60,110 bases of DNA from Promethearchaeota archaeon (GTDB lineage Archaea; Asgardarchaeota; Lokiarchaeia; Sigyniarchaeales; SOKP01). Below the pieces are notes generated by a model. It saw only the letters and a program-made list of their open reading frames with translations. It did not search any database and was not told the origin of the DNA. The stretch spans positions 1-60,110 of the forward strand of contig JAHLWP010000025.1 in NCBI GenBank assembly GCA_019057865.1, written 5' to 3'. The number at the start of each line of letters is the position of its first letter. The stretch's first letter is position 1. A program made the position numbers and the translations under genes. Shown piece after piece: positions 10,927-21,398 of the stretch.

Positions 10927-11424
10927 TTAACAATTATATAATTTAAAAGGACGAATTTTAATATATTCATCAAATTTTTTCTGATTGAAATAGTCATCCA
11001 TAACTTGTTTTATAACAAGTTCCATTGTATCAAGCCCTAAAATTAATCCTTTTAAATCTTTTGCTAAAAGTAACATATAAGTTGATGTTGTCTCAAGAAA
11101 AAAACAATTAGAGTTGATTTCTACATTAGAATTGTTCTTAATAATTTGGTTAGTTTCTTTTATAACTTCATTCGTAGTAAAAATTACAATTAGATATTTT
11201 TGTGAGAATTCATCTTTTAAATATGAATCTCTTATACCAGAAGCGATAAGCGGAATATTTGTATAAGACTTAAATAAATATTGAAGCCTAGTTAGTTCTT
11301 TTCTAAATAAATTTTTGTTGTGAAAAAAAACAAACTCCTTATTTAATTTTAAAGGTTCTCCTTCAATGTATGTTATTTCTTTAGGTTCCTTTTCAAATTC
11401 AAATTCTTTAATATAATCAGACAT
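10927..11424 (-). CDS. hypothetical protein, possibly a stand-alone GH20 N-terminal (zincin-like) domain
   Basis: PKEI near N-terminus and FFLE...LLLAKDLKGLILGLDTMEL pattern resemble the hexosaminidase N-terminal domain. Confidence 0.5.
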   Translation of the reverse strand: MSDYIKEFEFEKEPKEITYIEGEPLKLNKEFVFFHNKNLFRKELTRLQYLFKSYTNIPLIASGIRDSYLKDEFSQKYLIVIFTTNEVIKETNQIIKNNSNVEINSNCFFLETTSTYMLLLAKDLKGLILGLDTMELVIKQVMDDYFNQKKFDEYIKIRPFKLYNC

Positions 11425-11531
11425 TTTATAATTTAAATTCAGTAGATTTATTTAATTATACTAAATTTTGTTTTATAAAAAATTTCTTGATTATAATTTG
11501 TAAATAATTATTTAGATATAAAAGCACGAAA

Positions 11532-12512
11532 ATGAAATTAGGATCACTTCATTTAGAAAATAGGTATATTTTAGCTCCTATGCAAAATGTAACTACCAGT
11601 CCTTATAGAAGATTTTGCAGAAAATTTCAAAAAATTGGATTAGTTAGTGTTCCGATGTTATATACTAAGCGAATTGAAAAGAATCCGGAAACTATCGTTG
11701 ATGATTTATGTAAGATTGAAGAGGAGAGACCAATTAGTGTTCAATTAATTAGTTCTGATCCTAGATCTCTTAAGAAATCTATAGATTATCTTGAAAGCTA
11801 TAAATTTGATGTGTTAGATATAAATGCCGGTTGTCCTTCCAAAAGAGCAATTAAAGCAAAAGAAGGAGGATATTTATTAAAAGATTTAGAAAGACTTGAG
11901 AATTTGGTAAAAATTGCAGTAAAAAACTCTTCCAAACCTGTCTCTCTTAAGATTAGAATAGGTTTTGAGAATTCGAATAATATCAAAGAATTAGCTGAAA
12001 TAGCAAACAATTCTGGGATCGATTTTTTAACAGTCCATGCTAGAACCGTTAAGAGTTTTTTTGAACGCAATCCCTTAAAATTAGACATCGTAAAAAAATT
12101 AAAGGAAAACTTAACTATTCCTTTAGTAGGGAATGGGGATATTGCTAGTCCCATCGAGGCTAAGCATTTTATTGATTATACTAATGTTGATGCGTTAATG
12201 ATTGGAAGAGAATCTATGGGAAATCCTCAAATTTTTGATCAAATACATGAATACTTTACTAAAGGAAAAGAAATTCTCTTTAGAAATGATAAAGAAAAAA
12301 TGTTACAAAACATCGAAATTTATAAGAAATGCTTGGATGAATTTCTGAATGGAATTATACTACCTCGCGATATTAATGAGTATAAATTCATGGAACTTAA
12401 AAGGAATTCTATATGGCTTGCAAAAAGTATAAAAAATTCTGCGATTATAAGAAGACAGATAAGTAATACTAAGAATCTTGAGCAACTTGAACTGGTATTA
12501 AATAATATGTAA
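11532..12512 (+). CDS. dus: tRNA-dihydrouridine synthase family protein
   Basis: LAPM, DINAGCP, SLKIRIG, TVHART, GNGDI, MIGR...GNP. Confidence 0.92.
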   Translation: MKLGSLHLENRYILAPMQNVTTSPYRRFCRKFQKIGLVSVPMLYTKRIEKNPETIVDDLCKIEEERPISVQLISSDPRSLKKSIDYLESYKFDVLDINAGCPSKRAIKAKEGGYLLKDLERLENLVKIAVKNSSKPVSLKIRIGFENSNNIKELAEIANNSGIDFLTVHARTVKSFFERNPLKLDIVKKLKENLTIPLVGNGDIASPIEAKHFIDYTNVDALMIGRESMGNPQIFDQIHEYFTKGKEILFRNDKEKMLQNIEIYKKCLDEFLNGIILPRDINEYKFMELKRNSIWLAKSIKNSAIIRRQISNTKNLEQLELVLNNM

Positions 12513-12529
12513 ATAATTTAAGAATTAAA

Positions 12530-13552
12530 TCAGTTTTTATATTTATTTAAGAGTTCCTCAGGTGTAAATACACCATCTTCAGTAATTATTCCTGTAACCA
12601 ATCTAAAAGGAGTAATATCAAATGCATAATTTAAGCATTCAACTCCGTCAGGTACAATTTGAACCTTTCCTAAAACTTTACTTACCTCACTGCTATCTCT
12701 TTGCTCAATTGTAACATCATCAATAGTCTCTTGAAGTGAAAGTGTGGAAGTAGGAGCTGCTACATAAAATGGTATATCATTATCATTTGCTGCTAATGCA
12801 ACTAAATATGTTCCAATCTTATTAAAAACCGCGTCAGAAGTCACTCTGTCCGTTCCTACTATAACTTTATTAATTTTTCCTAACCGCATTAATAATCCTG
12901 AAGAAGTATCTGAAATAACCTTAACGGGTATCTTATCGTATTGGAGTTCGTAAGCAGTTAATCTTGCTCCTTGTAATCGAGGTCTTGTTTCATCAGCGAT
13001 CACGCTAATTCTTTTTCCCTCCTCAATTGCAGCTCTAACAGGAGCTAAAGCTGTTCCATATTGAACAGTTGCTAGAGAACCAGCATTACAATGAGTTAAT
13101 ACAGTATCTCCATTTTTTAATAAAGTAGCTCCATTTTTTCCAATTGCTTTATTAACATTAATATCTTCTTGGGCCATAAGTTGAGCTTCCTCTATTACAA
13201 GTTCAGATAAATTTGATGGATTGTCTGGATATTCGCTTATTATTTTCCAAATTCTATCTATTGCCCAAAATAAATTTGAAGCTGTTGGTCTAGTATTTCT
13301 TATAACATCCGCAGCATCCCCCATTTTTTCAATAAACTTTTCTTTTGGCAATATTTTATATTCAATAGTCGCAAGGGCTAATCCCATAGCTGCAGCGATA
13401 CCTATAGCTGGTGCTCCTCTTATATTCATAATTTTAATAGCAGTTGCGACATCTCTATAATTATCCAACTCAAGGAATTTAAGTTCATGGGGTAACTGAG
13501 TTTGATCAATCATCTTAACCTTGTTATTAACCCACTCAATCGAAGGAATCAT
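12530..13552 (-). CDS. mtnA: S-methyl-5-thioribose-1-phosphate isomerase
   Basis: IDQTQLP, IRGAPAIG, TRPTASNL, LTHCNAGSLAT, ETRPRLQGARLT, NKIGTY. Confidence 0.95.
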   Translation of the reverse strand: MIPSIEWVNNKVKMIDQTQLPHELKFLELDNYRDVATAIKIMNIRGAPAIGIAAAMGLALATIEYKILPKEKFIEKMGDAADVIRNTRPTASNLFWAIDRIWKIISEYPDNPSNLSELVIEEAQLMAQEDINVNKAIGKNGATLLKNGDTVLTHCNAGSLATVQYGTALAPVRAAIEEGKRISVIADETRPRLQGARLTAYELQYDKIPVKVISDTSSGLLMRLGKINKVIVGTDRVTSDAVFNKIGTYLVALAANDNDIPFYVAAPTSTLSLQETIDDVTIEQRDSSEVSKVLGKVQIVPDGVECLNYAFDITPFRLVTGIITEDGVFTPEELLNKYKN

Positions 13553-13617
13553 AAATATTTAAAATATTTATTTTATCTTTTATTTTTCCTTTATAGTCGA
13601 TCAAATTAATTTGGTTT

Positions 13618-16125
13618 TTGGTGGTTAATTTAAGTCAAAAGATTTTAGAAAGAGGTAGTTTAAGAGTAATTATTGAAGAACATGAAAATTTCACATCGGA
13701 AAGAATAGAAATTAAAAATGGAGTCAACTGGATTCCTTTTATTGGTAGTAATGATGGTTTCAGCACTCTAAATTACTGGTCAGGTAGCAAAATTCATTCA
13801 AAGCAATACTCTTACCTAAAAGGGACAAAAAAGAAATTATATTTCCAGTTAAATGATAATGATTTTTCACTAAATTTGGATTATTGTCTTGAGGAAGATA
13901 ATATCATCCATATTAGATATATAATATTGAATACTCGGACGTTAACTTTATCGAAATTACTTGTTAATTATGCTATTTTTTTAGGAAAAGACCCTGATTA
14001 TACTTGGGTTCCTCATATGTGCCCCGGAGAAGATTATGTTATTGGAGACCATGTTTATCGTTCTCCTGTTGTAATTTATAGAAAGGGAAAATATACGTTT
14101 GCTTTCATTCCTGATTTAAAAACTCTTGGAAAAAATCGTCCTTTTCAAACTTTTATTGATTTTAATTTGAAACCAAGAGATTTTAAGGGGATTCCTCAGT
14201 TATCATATGGATTTGGAAATTATAACCCAGTTAATCATACTCTATTCAAACATGACCCATATAATGAATGGAAAGTTGAGGAAAATACGGATTTAACATT
14301 TAGATATTATTTATTATTTTTCTTTGAGAAAACAGAATCCGAAATTCTGAAATTTATAAATAATTTTCTTTGGGAAAAATTTGGCAGAAAGCTATTATAT
14401 GAAAATCTACATCCTCAAGTTCTTCCATATGAAAGAAATGTTGATGAAGGTTTTAAAGCCATTTTTGAAAGGCATAAATACTGGGGAAATTTCATCATTA
14501 ACAATAAGAAATGTGGAGGAATTTGGCAGAGAACATGGGCAGGTAGGAAAAAAAAACCTATTGAGTTCATAAAACCAGAAATGTTAGAGGATTACAGAAA
14601 AAAAAATACAGCTGAAACCGCTAGCTCAAACTCAAAAGTTCATGAAACGTTAAATGATCTTATTTTCGACCCCGAAAAAGTAAAAAAATTTGATAAGCAC
14701 ACTCGACGAATTGCTTTTGTCCCCAGAACAGCAGAAATTTGGAATAATGCTTGGTTTCTAAATATTAGAACAGCATATAGTTTCAGATATTTTGGAGAGT
14801 TATGGAAAAATGATAATCTTATTGATAAAGCAAAAAGAATATTAAATACAGTATTATCCTTGCCTCGAGTAAATGGTGTATTTCCAAGTGTAATTTTTCC
14901 AGCTTCTGTTGGTTCGAAAATTAAATCTACCATTAATGGTTTAAAAGGTTACCTTTATAGTGATGATTATCACGTAGTAGATTCATGTTTAACAATGTAT
15001 TGGGCACTAAAATTTAGAAAAGACTTTAATGAACAGAATCTAAACATTTTGAGGAAGAGTAAAGAATTAATAGAATTAATAGAAAAGCTTCAATTAGAAA
15101 ATGGAGCTATTCCAGCATATATTAATTTCGATTTTGATAAGAATGAACCAATTATTAAAGAAGAATTAAATAGTTCTGCAAGTTCTGGAGCCCCAATGAT
15201 GTTCTTATTAGAATATTATAAAAATAATGAAGATGAAAGAATCCTTCATATTTGTGAGAAAATTGCTCAATATATAATTAAAAAGGTAATTCCAGAAGAC
15301 AAATGGCATGATTTTGAACCATTTTTCAGCTGTACTCAATTACCCCTCGATACTTACGATACTTATACAAAGAGTCACGTAATGAATACATTATGCATTT
15401 ATTGGTGTGCTGAGGGATTTAAAGAATTATATAAGATTACTAAGAAAAATTATTATTTAGAAGCTGGAGAACGTGTAATAGCAGTATTATCACTATTTCA
15501 ACAAATATGGAACATACCTTATCTCAATATTAACACTTTTGGAGGGTTTGGGTCTCAAAATGCTGATGCTGAACTAAATGACGCTCGACAAGGTTTATTT
15601 GTTCGCACTTATATGGAATATTATTTATTAACTGGTAAGGAAGAATATATGGAGAGAGGGATAGCAGCTCTAAGAGCATCCTGGGTATTACAATTACTTA
15701 AAGAATATGAAGAACAATGCCCCGGTAATATAAAAGGAATAGATACTATTGAAAGTGTAGATAAGGGTTGTATGTATGAAAACTATGGTCACACCGGAAG
15801 TGATTTTAGAGTTCCTGGTCAAATTACCTTTGATTGGGGAGTAGGAACTGGATCAATGGCTACAGCATACGTAAAGAAACACTTTGGTGATTTATTTATA
15901 GACTTTAAAGAAAAATTAATTTTTGGAATTGATGGTTTACTTGTAAAGAACTTTGAGTTTAATGAAAAATTTGTTAGTATTATATTTGAACAAATATCTG
16001 GTAAGACTAATATCTTAATAAAAGCAAGAGAAGCACCTATCATTCCAGTTGAAATAATAATAAATGGAAATTCAATTGGAAAACATAGGAAGGATGATCT
16101 AGAAAAAGGAATTATAAAATATTAG
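13618..16125 (+). CDS. large hypothetical protein, probable helical-toroid glycosidase-like fold in C-terminal half
   Basis: 835-aa ORF; repeated helical-hairpin patterns (QLENGAIP, LEYYK, LYKITKK..YL..GE, YYLLTGKEEYMERG). Confidence 0.6.
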   Translation: MVVNLSQKILERGSLRVIIEEHENFTSERIEIKNGVNWIPFIGSNDGFSTLNYWSGSKIHSKQYSYLKGTKKKLYFQLNDNDFSLNLDYCLEEDNIIHIRYIILNTRTLTLSKLLVNYAIFLGKDPDYTWVPHMCPGEDYVIGDHVYRSPVVIYRKGKYTFAFIPDLKTLGKNRPFQTFIDFNLKPRDFKGIPQLSYGFGNYNPVNHTLFKHDPYNEWKVEENTDLTFRYYLLFFFEKTESEILKFINNFLWEKFGRKLLYENLHPQVLPYERNVDEGFKAIFERHKYWGNFIINNKKCGGIWQRTWAGRKKKPIEFIKPEMLEDYRKKNTAETASSNSKVHETLNDLIFDPEKVKKFDKHTRRIAFVPRTAEIWNNAWFLNIRTAYSFRYFGELWKNDNLIDKAKRILNTVLSLPRVNGVFPSVIFPASVGSKIKSTINGLKGYLYSDDYHVVDSCLTMYWALKFRKDFNEQNLNILRKSKELIELIEKLQLENGAIPAYINFDFDKNEPIIKEELNSSASSGAPMMFLLEYYKNNEDERILHICEKIAQYIIKKVIPEDKWHDFEPFFSCTQLPLDTYDTYTKSHVMNTLCIYWCAEGFKELYKITKKNYYLEAGERVIAVLSLFQQIWNIPYLNINTFGGFGSQNADAELNDARQGLFVRTYMEYYLLTGKEEYMERGIAALRASWVLQLLKEYEEQCPGNIKGIDTIESVDKGCMYENYGHTGSDFRVPGQITFDWGVGTGSMATAYVKKHFGDLFIDFKEKLIFGIDGLLVKNFEFNEKFVSIIFEQISGKTNILIKAREAPIIPVEIIINGNSIGKHRKDDLEKGIIKY

Positions 16126-16196
16126 AGATAAATTTATCTTCCCATTTTCGATTGTGTGTATTAGTTTCGATGATTTAATGCAATATTTTGTTTTAA

Positions 16197-17072
16197 ATGC
16201 TTAAAGATAGAATTAATGGATTTTTAAAACTTATCAGAATTGGAATTTCGCTATTTGGGTGCATAGGATTATTTGTTTCTGGGATTCTCGCAGAAGATTT
16301 AACAGGTTTTCAAATTGAATATCTGATAGCCTTTTTTATAATATTTATTTCCGCCGCAGGCGCTTTTGCTATCAATGATTATTATGATTTTGAGATTGAT
16401 AAAAAAAACAAAAGAGATGATCGTCCCCTAGTTTTAGGATTATTATCTAGGAGGACTGCTTTGACTACTGCGATTATTTCTTTTTTAATCGTCATTTTGC
16501 TAGCATTATTTTTAAATTTAATTGCAATGAGTTTAGTATTAATTAGTTTACCTATTTTCTATTTGTATAGTATTGGATTAAAAAAGAAGATTTTATTTAA
16601 GAACCTCCTTATTGCTTATTCCTATGTAGCAACTTTATTTTTAGGTTCTCTTGTTACGGATGCAATTTTAGAACCTTTGATTATTTATTTCGCAATAATG
16701 GGATTTATTGTCGGTTTTGGCTCAGAAATTATGTTTGATATAGCTGATGTTCAAGGTGATAAAGATTTAGGGATTAAAACTATCCCATGTGAATTTGGAT
16801 TGAAAAAAGCGGCAAGAGTGACAGTATTGCTCTATAGTATAATTATCATTCTCGATCCACTTCCTTTTTTTGTTTTAATTGATTCTCGTCTTTATTTAAA
16901 CTTTTTGTTTCTATTCCTAATCCTTCTACCAGTAATTTCATATATTTTTTTATCAAGATCATTGTTAAAAGATCAATCGAAAGAAAATGTCTTAAAATTA
17001 AGGATAATTATCTTTTTAATAATGCAATTTGGAACGATATCATATTTACTTGGTGTTTTAATTAAATTTTAA
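16197..17072 (+). CDS. UbiA-family prenyltransferase (DGGGP synthase-like)
   Basis: NDYYDFEID...RPL and FDIADVQGD...TIP aspartate-rich motifs; multiple TM helices. Confidence 0.88.
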   Translation: MLKDRINGFLKLIRIGISLFGCIGLFVSGILAEDLTGFQIEYLIAFFIIFISAAGAFAINDYYDFEIDKKNKRDDRPLVLGLLSRRTALTTAIISFLIVILLALFLNLIAMSLVLISLPIFYLYSIGLKKKILFKNLLIAYSYVATLFLGSLVTDAILEPLIIYFAIMGFIVGFGSEIMFDIADVQGDKDLGIKTIPCEFGLKKAARVTVLLYSIIIILDPLPFFVLIDSRLYLNFLFLFLILLPVISYIFLSRSLLKDQSKENVLKLRIIIFLIMQFGTISYLLGVLIKF

Positions 17073-17123
17073 AAGTCATAAAATATAATTCCCAATTCAG
17101 TCAGTACTAAACGAATAATTAAA

Positions 17124-17291
17124 TTACCCATAATCTCTTGTTCCCGTAGAACTGATATACCTGCATTTTTGATGGATTGGGTTATTGATAGGATTCGTAT
17201 TGGATATGTGGATGTACCTAATCCGTTTTATCCTTCCCAAATTGCAAGAGTTTCTCTAAAACCTGAAGATGTGAAATGATGGGTTTGGTGA
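17124..17291 (+). pseudogene. 5' fragment of a DUF1848-family gene
   Basis: Reads IISCSRRTDIPAFLMDWVIDRIRIGYVDVPNPFYPSQIARVSLKPEDVK*WVW*; no ATG; homologous to the N-terminus of 17468..18358. Confidence 0.85.
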
Positions 17292-17467
17292 ATTGTTATA
17301 AAACTGTTATAAATCATAGGAGTGTTATTGTTTAAAATGAAAGAATTAATATATCTTGATAAGAAATACTTCAAATAGATTGATAACAAATTAAAAATTT
17401 TAAAAACTTTAAGCATATCAATTATATAGAACATTGGAACTTTAATTAGACTCTGCAGTAGTATAAA

Positions 17468-18358
17468 ATGAAACAAAGTATTAGTTTTAGTCGTAGAAGT
17501 GATGGTGTTGCTTTTTACATGAACCGTCTCGAGAAAGGTATTGAAGAAGAAATTATAGAAGTTCGCAATCCTTTCAACAATAAAATCAGTCGTGTTTCTC
17601 TTAAACCGCGAGATGTTGCGGGCTTTGTGCTATGGTCAAAAAATTTTAAAAATTTTTTGAAGAAATGGGATATTTTTGAGAAGTATAGAGCTAAAAACAC
17701 AATTATTTCGAAAATTAAAATCCCTGTTTATTTTCATTTCACTCGGAATTCTATTATAAGAATCCTTGAACCACTATCGCCTACTCTTGAAGAAAGCTTT
17801 TCTCAACTGGAAGAATTGGTTGAACTTACATCTCCAGCTCACATTATGTGGCGTTTTGATCCAATTCTTTTTTGGATGGAAGAAGGTAACTTAGTTGACA
17901 ATCTTGGTGATTTTAATGAAATAGCATCGCATTTTTCGGATGCTGGAGTGCAGAGATGTACTATTTCTTTTGCTACCTATTATGTGAAAGTAGAACGACG
18001 TATGCGAAACTATTCATTTAATTATTATAAACCAACTATTAAAGAAATGATTAAAACCACTCATCAACTCGTGATAAAAGCAAGAAAGTATAACATTAGG
18101 ATTTTTGCTTGTTGTAATCCTGATTTATTAAAAATAACAGAAATATCTCAAGCTCACTGTATTGATGGTAATTATCTTAATAAACTATGGAACACTAAAG
18201 TTTCTCTTGCTAAAGATACAGGACAGCGAGAATCTTGCGGTTGTACTAAAAGCCGAGATATTGGAGGTTATGATAAAAATTGGAAATGCCATCATGGATG
18301 TCTTTATTGTTATGCTAATCCCAACAATGAAATTTATGAAAAATCTTTTTTAAAGTAA
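17468..18358 (+). CDS. DUF1848 family protein (radical-SAM-related fold, C-terminal Cys cluster)
   Basis: SRRSD, VRNPFN, WSKN, WRFDP, HCID, QRESCGC..SRDIG, C.HGCLYCYAN. Confidence 0.9.
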   Translation: MKQSISFSRRSDGVAFYMNRLEKGIEEEIIEVRNPFNNKISRVSLKPRDVAGFVLWSKNFKNFLKKWDIFEKYRAKNTIISKIKIPVYFHFTRNSIIRILEPLSPTLEESFSQLEELVELTSPAHIMWRFDPILFWMEEGNLVDNLGDFNEIASHFSDAGVQRCTISFATYYVKVERRMRNYSFNYYKPTIKEMIKTTHQLVIKARKYNIRIFACCNPDLLKITEISQAHCIDGNYLNKLWNTKVSLAKDTGQRESCGCTKSRDIGGYDKNWKCHHGCLYCYANPNNEIYEKSFLK

Positions 18359-18395
18359 TTATATTTATTTGATTAGTAGAGCTCACGCTGACACA

Positions 18396-18578
18396 TGTCA
18401 CTGTGTTGACGTTAATAAAATCGAGCAAATAATAGGAGAAAAAATTCCAAAAATAAAAGATACAGGGCAAAGAAAAGAGTGTGGATGTTTTAAATCTAAA
18501 GATATAGGGGGATATTCAGGTATTTTTCGATGTAAGCATAATTGTGCGTATTGTTATGCATCTCCAGCAAAAAGATAA
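18396..18578 (+). pseudogene. 3' fragment of a DUF1848-family gene
   Basis: CHCVD...KDTGQRKECGCFKSKDIGGY...CKHNCAYCYASP matches only the last ~60 aa of the family. Confidence 0.85.
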
Positions 18579-18725
18579 CAATTTTAAAGCTAAAGCTTTT
18601 GAAATTTAAAGGAGAATTATTTAATATAATGCATAAATTATCTTCTATTAGTAGAAATAATATAAGGTAATTTATTTTTCAAAATTACATCAATTATTTT
18701 ATCAATAGATAGAGAGGATATCTAA

Positions 18726-19601
18726 ATGAAGGTTTGTAAATTTTATATAGTAGATGTGTTTGCGGAAAGAAAATATGAAGGAAATCAGCTTGCTGTTTTT
18801 ATATGTCAAGAACCATTAACTGATTCTGAAATGCAACGAATTGCGAAAGAAATGAACTATTCGGAAACAACTTTTATCACTTCATTTGAAAATTATACAG
18901 TTAGGATTTTTACTCCAGAGACAGAATTACCATTTGCAGGACATCCAACATTAGGAACTGCTTTTGTTATTCAACAAGAATTTATTAAAGGTAAAGTAAA
19001 AACAATTCCTTTAAATCTTAAAATAGGGCAAATCCCTGTATTGTTTAAATACAAAGGTGATTATGTTTCAGAAATATGGATGGAACAAAAAGAGCCAACA
19101 TTTCACGGATTTTTTGCCCCAGATTTAATAGCAGAAGTATTAAGCCTAAAAGAAGATGATATAGATAAAAGATTTAGGATTCAGGAAGTTTCTACAGGTG
19201 TTCCTACTATTATTACTCCGCTGAAGTCCTTAAATACATTAAAAAGAGCTAAAATTAACACGGATAAATATTATGATTTAATCGAAAATACTAAAGCTAA
19301 ATCAATTCTGATTTTTTGTCCAGAAACATATGATAAAAATAATGATTTGAATGTTAGATTTTTTGCAGATTTTTATGGTGTACCTGAAGATCCAGCTACT
19401 GGCTCTGGAAATGGATGCCTAGCAGCATATTTAGTTAAACAAGACTATTTTAATAAGAGAAACATAGATATACGTGTTGAACAAGGATATGAGATAGGAA
19501 GACCAAGTCTATTGCTTCTGAGGGCAGAAGAAAAAGAAGGTAAGTATTATGTTTCGGTTGGAGGTAAAGCAATAATCGTTGCAAAAGGAGAATTGGTTTA
19601 A
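18726..19601 (+). CDS. PhzF-family isomerase
   Basis: VDVF..GNQLAV, SETTF, RIFTP.ELPFAGHPTLG, EDPATGSG, EQG.EIGRPS. Confidence 0.93.
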   Translation: MKVCKFYIVDVFAERKYEGNQLAVFICQEPLTDSEMQRIAKEMNYSETTFITSFENYTVRIFTPETELPFAGHPTLGTAFVIQQEFIKGKVKTIPLNLKIGQIPVLFKYKGDYVSEIWMEQKEPTFHGFFAPDLIAEVLSLKEDDIDKRFRIQEVSTGVPTIITPLKSLNTLKRAKINTDKYYDLIENTKAKSILIFCPETYDKNNDLNVRFFADFYGVPEDPATGSGNGCLAAYLVKQDYFNKRNIDIRVEQGYEIGRPSLLLLRAEEKEGKYYVSVGGKAIIVAKGELV

Positions 19602-19903
19602 ATAGAAGTGTTTATTTTTTAATTTGATTTCCATTTTCTAATTATTGTATATGATATATCTTTTCCTAAGCCCTCTTTAGTATCTGATTTATTAATATAC
19701 TCTTTAGATGACTTGACATTATTGGAAAAACTCCAAAATATAATTCTATATTAAAGATTTTATCGTATGAAGAATTTTAATAATTAAATTATGCGTATTG
19801 AATTGTAAGAAGTAGAAATTACTAAATCTTTTTTCAAAATATTTAATTTTTAACTTTTCTTTAATTCTCTTAATTGATTTTTATTTATTATTCTATAAAT
19901 GAT

Positions 19904-21346
19904 ATGAATTACAAAATAAAATTTGGGATATGTGCTTTTATTGTTATTCTAATTCAGTCAACAATAAAATTAATTGGTGTTATATTAACAGGTAGTCTTA
20001 GTTTTTTATCTGAAACAGTAGATACATTTATAGATATAATCTTTGTTTCTTTAACGATTTATTCAATCCATTTAAGCCTAAAGCCCCCTGATTATCAACA
20101 TATGTATGGTCATGCCAAAATTGATTCAGTAGGAGCAATGGTACAAGGGATTATTCTTATTAATATTTACATCTTCATCATTATTAGAGCAATCCAAGTA
20201 ATTTTAGAAGATTCTTCTAGGATTGGTAACCCTGATATAGGATTTCAATTATTAATATTATCATTTACTATCAATCTTTTTTTCTCACGATTTTTAATAT
20301 GGCAGGGGAAAAAAAGAAATAGTTTATCTCTCAAAATTCAAGGTCTAAATTTATTCCAAGATTCACTAAGAGCTATACTAGTATTAATTAATTTCATTTT
20401 TGCTCTTCTTTTTGAAATTGAATACTTAGATCCTTATTTTAGTGTTGCTATATCAATTTTTATAATTTATGGAGCAGTTAAGTTATTAATTGAAGGGATT
20501 GGAAATTTAATTGATGTAAATCCTATAAGTGCTTTCATTTTAGAAGAAATGAAACAAAATATTTTCCACTTAGATCACGTAAATGGAGTTGAAGAACTAA
20601 AAGTGAGAGCGAGCGGGAATTTTTTATTTTTAGAAGTTCATTTATCTGTAGAGGATCATATTTCAATAATCCATGCTAATGAAATTACTAAAGCAATTCG
20701 TACTATGACCAAAAAATATATTCCCATTTATAACGTAGAAACTTTAGTTGAAATGAATCCACTTAGCGGAGAAAAGTCTATAGGGGAAAAAATTATTAAT
20801 ATAATTCATTCAATGAAAAGTGAATTCCCTAAAATTCTTAACTTTAGGGAAGTAAATGTTTTTAGAGTTGAAGATAAAACCTTTTTATCTTTATCAATTG
20901 TTCTCGATGAAAGTTTATCTTTAGAAGAAACTCATGAAATATGTAATAATTTTGAAAGAGAATTGAAGATGCAATCACCATTAATTTCAAGGATCATTAC
21001 TCATATAGAATCAGGACCAGCTATTAAATTATTATCACCAGAACAACTAATATGTGAAAGCATTGATCCTCAAAAAATGCAAGAAATTCAGAAGTTAATT
21101 GAAAAAGTACTTCGAGATGAACCTCAAGTTAAAGGTTATCATGGTTTAGAATGTTGGACAGCAATGGATTTATGGATGTTAGAACTTCATATTTTTTTTG
21201 ATGGATCTCTGAATATATCAGTTGTTCATGATCTAATAACTAAATTAGAACATAAAGTAAGGAAAAAACTTAAAATTGAAAACTTACATGAAATTATTTT
21301 TCATTCAGAACCGATAAAAGGAAGAACTGAGGGTATTATTTTCTAA
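19904..21346 (+). CDS. cation diffusion facilitator (CDF) transporter with three tandem C-terminal metal-binding/dimerisation domains
   Basis: About 6 TM helices, PPD..HMYGHAK, DP motif; three repeats of a beta-(H)-helix-beta-EP unit. Confidence 0.85.
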   Translation: MNYKIKFGICAFIVILIQSTIKLIGVILTGSLSFLSETVDTFIDIIFVSLTIYSIHLSLKPPDYQHMYGHAKIDSVGAMVQGIILINIYIFIIIRAIQVILEDSSRIGNPDIGFQLLILSFTINLFFSRFLIWQGKKRNSLSLKIQGLNLFQDSLRAILVLINFIFALLFEIEYLDPYFSVAISIFIIYGAVKLLIEGIGNLIDVNPISAFILEEMKQNIFHLDHVNGVEELKVRASGNFLFLEVHLSVEDHISIIHANEITKAIRTMTKKYIPIYNVETLVEMNPLSGEKSIGEKIINIIHSMKSEFPKILNFREVNVFRVEDKTFLSLSIVLDESLSLEETHEICNNFERELKMQSPLISRIITHIESGPAIKLLSPEQLICESIDPQKMQEIQKLIEKVLRDEPQVKGYHGLECWTAMDLWMLELHIFFDGSLNISVVHDLITKLEHKVRKKLKIENLHEIIFHSEPIKGRTEGIIF

Positions 21347-21398
21347 AAATGCGATTACTCTTGAAAATTCTTGAAAAAATGAATATTTAAATCTGAAC

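Noticed and set aside
17277-17291. In-frame TGA codons in the DUF1848 5' relic as possible selenocysteine
   Set aside because: Homology stops right after, there is no start codon, and I saw no SECIS-like element; decay is more likely.
19640-19760. Short coding-like stretch between the PhzF and CDF genes
   Set aside because: No start codon and no recognisable similarity.
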